Assembly (NCBI GenBank): GCA_963704755.1 | Contig: OY969938.1 | Coordinates: 750,001 to 782,000 of the forward strand | From: an uncultured Chloroflexia bacterium | GTDB taxonomy: Bacteria; Chloroflexota; Anaerolineae; Anaerolineales; Anaerolineaceae | Direction: 5' to 3' | Length of the DNA: 32,000 nt | Shown here: piece by piece, positions 25,046 to 32,000 of the stretch | Position numbering within the stretch: the first letter of the stretch is position 1 | Layout: each line of letters opens with the position of its first letter | Position numbers and translations under genes: made by a program | The notes under the pieces: model-generated | What the model was told of the DNA's origin: nothing | Databases searched by the model: none | What the model saw: the letters and a program-made list of their open reading frames with translations, nothing else

Positions 25046-25520
25046 ATGGTTAATCGGTACGGTGTAAGCGCTGCCGGCTTGCCGGGTAGAATTCTCCGCT
25101 TCTTGAACCCGGTTCAGCCCGGAAGTTACACCGCTTCGCACTACATCGGTATAGGGGCCTTCGGGTAATATACCAACTTTTTCAGCGGCCTGCTCATACC
25201 ATTGGGTCGCCTCGGTTAAATTGGCCAAGCACTTCGTGCGAATAACCCAGGTTGAGATATAAGGACGGGAAAAATTCGGCGACCCTTTCGTCGCCGCAAG
25301 CCTCTGCGCGCCTTACGGCCTCTTCGTTCCAGGCCAACCCATCCTGCGCACTTTCCTGGTGACGGGCCAGGTAATGGGCAGCGATACACGACTCGAAATC
25401 ATCACTGCTTTGATCCCAGGCACGCTTAAATAAAGCCTGGGCTTCCGTAATATTGCCCTGGAATTCGGCTTGCATACCTTCAATACATAGTTTCACCACG
25501 GGATTATTGGGATCCAACAT
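25025..25520 (-). pseudogene. TPR-like protein gene interrupted by a 1-nt frameshift (track ORFs 25194..25583 and 25025..25228)
   Basis: The N-terminal part reads MLDPNNPVVKLCIEGMQAEF...CIAAHYLARHQ...FFPSLYLNLGYSHEVLG and continues in another frame as NLTEATQWYEQAAEKVGILPEGPYTDVVRSGVTSGL. Deleting one C in GGCC at 25223-25226 restores a single ~165-aa ORF. The start is at 25520 (AGGAGG upstream) rather than 25583. Confidence 0.75.
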
Positions 25521-25902
25521 CACCTTTTTTAAACCTCCTGTAACCATTAACAATGGTAAATAAGCTTCTACTCCGGCATCCAATACTCTGGTGGATATAT
25601 TCTACCGCGTCTTCTTCGATCCCTGGCAAGGGGGAACCCCGCGCTCATCAGGTTCGGTTCTAAGGCCGGAGAATCGCGGTTGTTTTTTCTACGAAAAAGC
25701 TCTTGAACACCCAAGCAAAGCAATCGCCCTGGGAAAAACCTGATTGCCGATCCGATTTTGTGATAAACTATACGGGTAAGGTAGATTACCTGGACCTGGC
25801 CTTTCTGTTTCCCGAATTCACAATCAGCCAGGTCGTTTTATTTGAAAGGCATGCAAAGTAATTTTCCTTTTCTCATTCGTTATCCAAATCTTTCCGTCAT
25901 TT

Positions 25903-25937
25903 AGGAGGGAGGAGCCTGTTCAACGCCCCTCCCTCCT
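25903..25937 (+). promoter_or_regulatory. Terminator-like hairpin in the pyrG leader (AGGAGGGAGG-N15-CCTCCCTCCT followed by TCTTTT)
   Basis: Perfect 10-bp purine/pyrimidine stem lies 33 nt upstream of the pyrG ATG. The T-tract is weak and the loop is large. Confidence 0.35.
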
Positions 25938-25945
25938 TCTTTTAA

Positions 25946-27607
<1,662 letters not shown>

Positions 27608-27609
27608 AG

Positions 27610-27631
27610 AAAACATTCTGAAAGTGTTTTT
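27610..27631 (+). terminator. Weak terminator-like hairpin after pyrG
   Basis: AAAACATT-CTGAA-AGTGTTTT(T), with one G-U pair in an AT-rich stem. Confidence 0.35.
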
Positions 27632-27640
27632 GTATGGTAA

Positions 27641-27738
27641 ATTCCTCCCCGAAAATCCAAAGCGCGGATTTTCGGGGAGGCCAGGAAGAGGCAGAAAACC
27701 TCGACTTGACCAGCTCATTGGCTTGTAAAACCAGCGCT
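27641..27738 (+). repeat. Repeat family R2, copy 1 (upstream of eno)
   Basis: ATTCCTCCCCGAAAATCC/AAAGCGC/GGATTTTCGGGGAGG is a perfect 15-bp stem (27644-27658 and 27666-27680). It is followed by ..AGGAAGAGGCAG...ATTGGCTTGTAAAACCAGCGCT. It aligns with 29865-29961. Confidence 0.7.
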
Positions 27739-27871
27739 TTTCGGAATTTGCGAGGGTGGCGCAGCGATGGTGCGTTTCGGGCACACCAATGTGGGCGAAT
27801 GGTCTGGTGGTCCGCCGGCTCCGGGGATGTCAGCCCTCAAACGCACCCTACGGCAGCGCTTGATCAAAAAA

Positions 27872-27963
27872 TTTCTTCTCGGCGTGCTCTGCGCCTCTGC
27901 GGTGAATATTCCTGACCAGCCGATAAGAGCGGCCTCGGCTGAAGGTTGCGAGAGACCGAGCCG
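27872..27963 (+). repeat. Repeat family R3, copy 1
   Basis: TTTCTTCTCGGCGTG + core CTCTGCGCCTCTGCGGTGAATATTCCTGACCAGCCGATAAGAGCGGCCTCGGC (27887-27939) + ...GAGAGACCGAGCCG. Confidence 0.75.
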
Positions 27964-28068
27964 TAGCGTTGTAGTTTTCTCCGGATGGTGGGTTACGGGC
28001 AAGGTTTCGTGGGGCTTGCAAGTGTGTAGGTCGCTGGTGTTCTAAATGAGCCCTCCACCCACCCTACA

Positions 28069-28161
28069 TTTCTCAACGGCCTCTGCGCCTCTGCGGTGAA
28101 TATTCCTGACCAACCGATAAGAGCGGCCTCGGCCGAAGGAATGGAGGGAGAGACCGGGCCG
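28069..28161 (+). repeat. Repeat family R3, copy 2
   Basis: The core at 28081-28133 matches the copy-1 core at 52 of 53 positions by hand count. The flanks TTTCTC...CGG and GAGAGACCGGGCCG are also shared. Confidence 0.75.
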
Positions 28162-28251
28162 ATCTGCTCCTTAAATTCTCTCCTTTGTGAAATCCGTGCC
28201 TGTGATTTTGTTTATAAAGTCAGCACCGCTAAATATTTTCTCTTCTTCTTT

Positions 28252-28293
28252 TTCTTTTCTCCGTGTCCTCCGTGCCTCCGTGGTTAAGTTCCT
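28252..28293 (+). repeat. Repeat family R3, diverged third head segment
   Basis: TTCTTTTCTCCGTGTCCTCCGTGCCTCCGTGGTTAAGTTCCT aligns with TTCTTCTCGGCGTGCTCTGCGCCTCTGCGGTGAATATTCCT, mostly through T/C transitions. Copy starts are spaced about 197 and 183 bp apart. Confidence 0.45.
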
Positions 28294-28329
28294 CTCTAGT
28301 TAACTTCCTCTCTAGTTAACTTCCTCCTG
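28282..28329 (+). repeat. Three tandem 16-bp units (GGTTAAGTTCCTCTCT / AGTTAACTTCCTCTCT / AGTTAACTTCCTCCTG)
   Basis: Directly visible. The units are contiguous and each contains a GTTAAC or GTTAAG core. They lie inside a ~95-nt polypyrimidine-rich tract (28236-28329). Confidence 0.85.
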
Positions 28330-28350
28330 GTTTAAGCCAGCGCAGGCTGA

Positions 28351-29739
<1,389 letters not shown>

Positions 29740-29768
29740 ACGAGCCCAAAACACCCAATAATTAAACC

Positions 29769-29807
29769 AAAAAACACGGTGACCCTGATTGGGGTCACCG
29801 TGTTTTT
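29769..29807 (+). terminator. Rho-independent terminator of eno
   Basis: AAAAAACACGGTGACCC-loop-GGGTCACCGTGTTTTT, a 12-bp GC-containing stem plus a T-run. Confidence 0.85.
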
Positions 29808-29864
29808 ATATTTTCCGTAAAACAAGAAGGCACCACGGCGATAAGGCAAGAAGAGAAGAGCCGG

Positions 29865-29961
29865 ATTCCTCCCCTAAAATCCGCACGTTGGATTTTGAGG
29901 GAGGTTAGGAAAAGGCAAATTGCGCCGGCCGGACAGTCTATTGGCCGGTAAAACCGGCGCT
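29865..29961 (+). repeat. Repeat family R2, copy 2 (downstream of eno, same orientation as copy 1)
   Basis: ATTCCTCCCCTAAAATCC/GCACGTT/GGATTTTGAGGGAGG..AGGAAAAGGCAA...ATTGGCCGGTAAAACCGGCGCT. About 70 of 98 positions match copy 1 in my hand alignment. The stem has one mismatch and one G-U pair. Confidence 0.7.
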
Positions 29962-29977
29962 CGCCCTCATCCCCCGG

Positions 29978-30004
29978 CCCCTTCCCCCAGAGCTGGGGAA
30001 GGGG
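29978..30004. repeat. GC-rich hairpin CCCCTTCCCC-N7-GGGGAAGGGG
   Basis: Perfect 10-bp stem. It resembles the short palindromic intergenic repeats common in some Chloroflexota and cyanobacterial genomes (from memory, not checked). Confidence 0.55.
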
Positions 30005-30030
30005 TGACTTGCTACTCGAAAGTCATTTTT
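30004..30030 (+). terminator. Orphan plus-strand terminator-like hairpin
   Basis: GTGACTT-N9-AAGTCAT followed by TTTTTAATTT on the plus strand only. There is no annotated plus-strand gene between the eno terminator and this site. Confidence 0.4.
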
Positions 30031-30103
30031 AATTTACGCCGGTTCTAAAACCCTTGTGTCTTCTTCTCTCTTCCCTCATCCCCTGATTACTCATTACTAT
30101 TCT

Positions 30104-30781
30104 CTATTCTCTACTCTCTCTTCTCGCCTTCACCCACACCTCATCAAACATCGCCGCCGTCAGGCGGCCGGTCTGGGTATTCTGCCGGCTGGGGTGATAG
30201 GAAGCGACCAATTTTAGCCGGTTTTTACCCAACGGATAGACGGCGCCATGCTTGAACTCGAACCGGGGCAGGTCGGGGTTGTTCAGGCGGTAAATGGCCA
30301 GGGTCTGGTCGAAGGCCAGTTTGCCCAGGGCCACAATCACCTTGAGCCGCTCCAGGGCATCGATTTCTGCCTGCAAATAGGGCCGGCAGGCCATAATCTC
30401 GGCAGGCAGCGGCTTGTTATCCGGCGGCGCACAGCGGCAGACCGCGCTGATGAACAGATCTTTCAATTGCAGCCCATCCTCGCGGCTCTGGGTCGTGGGC
30501 TGGTTGGCAAACCCGGCCCGAAACAGGGCCGGGTAAAGGAAATCGCCGGAGGCGTCGCCGGTGAACATGCGCCCGGTTCGATTGGAACCGTGCGCCCCCG
30601 GCGCCAGGCCGATCACCAGCACCGCCGCATGCGGGTCGCCAAATCCGGGTACCGGTTTGCCCCAATAATCCCAATCGCGGTAGGCCTTGCGTTTGGTGCG
30701 GGCAACCTCTTCCCGGTATGCCGTCAGGCGGGGACACAGCCGGCAGTCGATAATGGTTTGGTTAAAGGCTTCCCAATCCAT
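30104..30781 (-). CDS. Fe-S cluster uracil-DNA glycosylase superfamily protein (family 5 / UdgB-like motif)
   Basis: Cys ligand contexts are CRLCPRL and VCRCAPP...MAC. The active-site region VLVIGLAPGAHGSNRTGRMFTGDASGDFLY matches my recollection of family 5 (GLAPxxHGxNRTGRxFTGD) rather than family 4 (GEAPG). Confidence 0.8.
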   Translation of the reverse strand: MDWEAFNQTIIDCRLCPRLTAYREEVARTKRKAYRDWDYWGKPVPGFGDPHAAVLVIGLAPGAHGSNRTGRMFTGDASGDFLYPALFRAGFANQPTTQSREDGLQLKDLFISAVCRCAPPDNKPLPAEIMACRPYLQAEIDALERLKVIVALGKLAFDQTLAIYRLNNPDLPRFEFKHGAVYPLGKNRLKLVASYHPSRQNTQTGRLTAAMFDEVWVKARRESRE

Positions 30782-31374
30782 CAGGATTCGCTCCCCAAGG
30801 CGCCATGAAAGAAAATGGCCAGAATCTGTGAAAGCAGTTCTTCCAGTTGAGCCTTTTCCAGGTTTTGCTCTGGGGTGAAAAATGGGTACATCATTCCCAG
30901 TAAAATCCAGGTTGCGGATCCGGTATTTTTCAAATTGAGCTGCCCACTTTGTACACCCGCGTCTAAAAGAGCCTGAATCTGGCCGGTGAACTTTTCGTGG
31001 TAAATCTGCCCAAACTCCAGGCGGGTGCCCGTATCCAGGTGGTGCATCTCCGAGCTCGCCAGCCGGATCACTGCTCGCTGGTTGGGCGGTAGAGAAAAGA
31101 TGCCATGCACCAGGGTGATGATTTTCTGTTCGATCCCTTCATCCGAATGAATACAGGGTTCAAGGATTTTATCGACTTCTTCCAGGTGCGCCTTGAGGAT
31201 GGCCAGAAGAAGTTGGGCCTTATCGCGGTAATAGTAATACAGGCCTGCTTTGGTAATCTGGCAGGCCTCAGCGATTTCGCGCATAGAAATGCCGTCATAC
31301 CCCCGCAGAACAAACAGCCGGGTGGCCTCGGCAAGGATACGGTCCTGCATCCGTGGGGAAAGCTCAGGTTGCAT
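30781..31374 (-). CDS. TetR/AcrR-family transcriptional regulator
   Basis: The HTH region reads ILAEATRLFVLRGYDGISMREIAEACQITKAGLYYYYRDKAQLL. AGGAG lies 8 nt upstream of the ATG at 31374. The stop overlaps the glycosylase start by 1 nt (TGATG). Confidence 0.9.
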   Translation of the reverse strand: MQPELSPRMQDRILAEATRLFVLRGYDGISMREIAEACQITKAGLYYYYRDKAQLLLAILKAHLEEVDKILEPCIHSDEGIEQKIITLVHGIFSLPPNQRAVIRLASSEMHHLDTGTRLEFGQIYHEKFTGQIQALLDAGVQSGQLNLKNTGSATWILLGMMYPFFTPEQNLEKAQLEELLSQILAIFFHGALGSES

Positions 31375-31520
31375 AAAAGTCGCTCCTGGAGTTTGCCTGG
31401 ATTAACTACCCGGCCGGCTGCTTTGAACCCTAAATTCGAGATATTTGTGGAAATGAACGCTCAGCAAATAGCAGGGTTTCGGGCATTCTTGAGCCAAACC
31501 CGAGTGGTTTCGCCCGATTA

Positions 31521-32000
31521 TTATAAATCCGTTCCGGGCTGCTCGGCTTGTATCGACCGGCTGGCGTGGGCAAAACGCTCTTCTTGACGCGACTTCAAGG
31601 CAAAGGAGATTATAAACATGACCAGGCTGGAGCCGGCCATCGCCAGAAAACCTTCTTGATATCCCTGGGCCGTCCCATTTCCCGAGGCGATTACTGCCCC
31701 GATCAAAGCCGAGCCGACTAATTGGCCTACACTGGTAAACAAAGAAACCACACCCTGGGCAGCGGACTTTTCGGCCTGGCCGGCCTCGTTAAGCATAATA
31801 TAGCGCAAAGGCGCTCCCAGCAGAGCGGATAATCCCAGGCCTATCAATGCACCGGAGGATATGAACATCGCCAGGGATTGACTGGCCAGGCTCAACAGCG
31901 CCAACCCGGCGGTTAATATGCCAGTGCCGCTCAGAATCACCCATTTCGAACCGAATCGATCCAAAAGCCGGCCTACCAGGGGTGAACCAAATGCCATCGC
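31521..32000 (-). CDS. MFS transporter, C-terminal half (N-terminus outside the window)
   Basis: The ORF is open to the window edge. It has hydrophobic helices and an MFS-typical inter-helix motif (GSPLVGRLLDRFGSKWVIL). Confidence 0.8.
   Translation of the reverse strand, partial: AMAFGSPLVGRLLDRFGSKWVILSGTGILTAGLALLSLASQSLAMFISSGALIGLGLSALLGAPLRYIMLNEAGQAEKSAAQGVVSLFTSVGQLVGSALIGAVIASGNGTAQGYQEGFLAMAGSSLVMFIISFALKSRQEERFAHASRSIQAEQPGTDL

Noticed and set aside
27634-28287. Four 63-95-aa ORFs in the pyrG-eno spacer
   Set aside because: They have no RBS, overlap each other, and two simply translate the same DNA repeat (LCASAVNIPDQPIRAASAEG). I interpret them as repeat DNA, not genes.
28282-28329. 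Tandem repeats as a possible CRISPR array
   Set aside because: The units are only 16 bp and directly adjacent with no spacers. There are only three copies and no cas genes.

Overview
This window reads as ordinary core chromosome from a moderately GC-rich bacterium. The gene content and the Thr/Pro-rich linkers on the LysM and LCP envelope proteins suggest Chloroflexota (Anaerolineae-like), but that is inference only. I call 25 protein-coding genes: 2 truncated by the window edges and 1 frameshifted. I also call one tRNA-Leu(CAG), about ten hairpin terminators or long palindromes, and three families of intergenic repeats.

Gene order:
- (-) COG0701 permease, LysM protein
- (+) STAS antagonist, RsbW-like kinase, 1283-aa multi-GAF PP2C phosphatase
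- (-) FtsB/DivIC-like, tRNA-Leu
- (+) histidine kinase, LysM protein, LCP
- (+) Xer-like protein
- (-) tilS
- (+) REC-TadZ/CpaE-like protein, sirtuin
- (-) mutL
- (+) HAD nucleotidase
- (+) S41 protease, HtrA, LPG-synthase-TM-like protein
- (+) S1-domain protein
- (-) frameshifted TPR gene
- (+) pyrG
- (+) eno
- (-) MFS, TetR, Fe-S uracil-DNA glycosylase

I see no CRISPR array, transposase, reverse transcriptase, toxin-antitoxin pair or recognisable defence island, so I cannot honestly nominate a clear new system.

What stands out:
- **Catalytic-residue substitutions.** Three neighbouring proteins keep their fold but lack the key catalytic residue: the histidine kinase (H-box His to Gln), the Xer-like recombinase (no nucleophilic Tyr, plus R to K, H to D, H to I), and the TadZ/CpaE-like ATPase (Walker A Lys to Val).
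- **Partner-switching cassette.** It has no sigma factor nearby and a giant multi-GAF input phosphatase.
- **Repeat- and palindrome-rich intergenic DNA.** This includes a roughly 120-bp palindromic MITE-like element in two inverted copies (one flanked by a 7-bp direct repeat, with compensatory stem changes between copies), a roughly 98-bp hairpin element in direct orientation on both sides of eno, and a degenerate array of roughly 190-bp units plus 16-bp tandem repeats in the 840-bp pyrG-eno spacer.
- **Two probable 1-nt frameshifts.** They may be assembly errors.

All coordinates were hand-counted and cross-checked against ORF-track boundaries.
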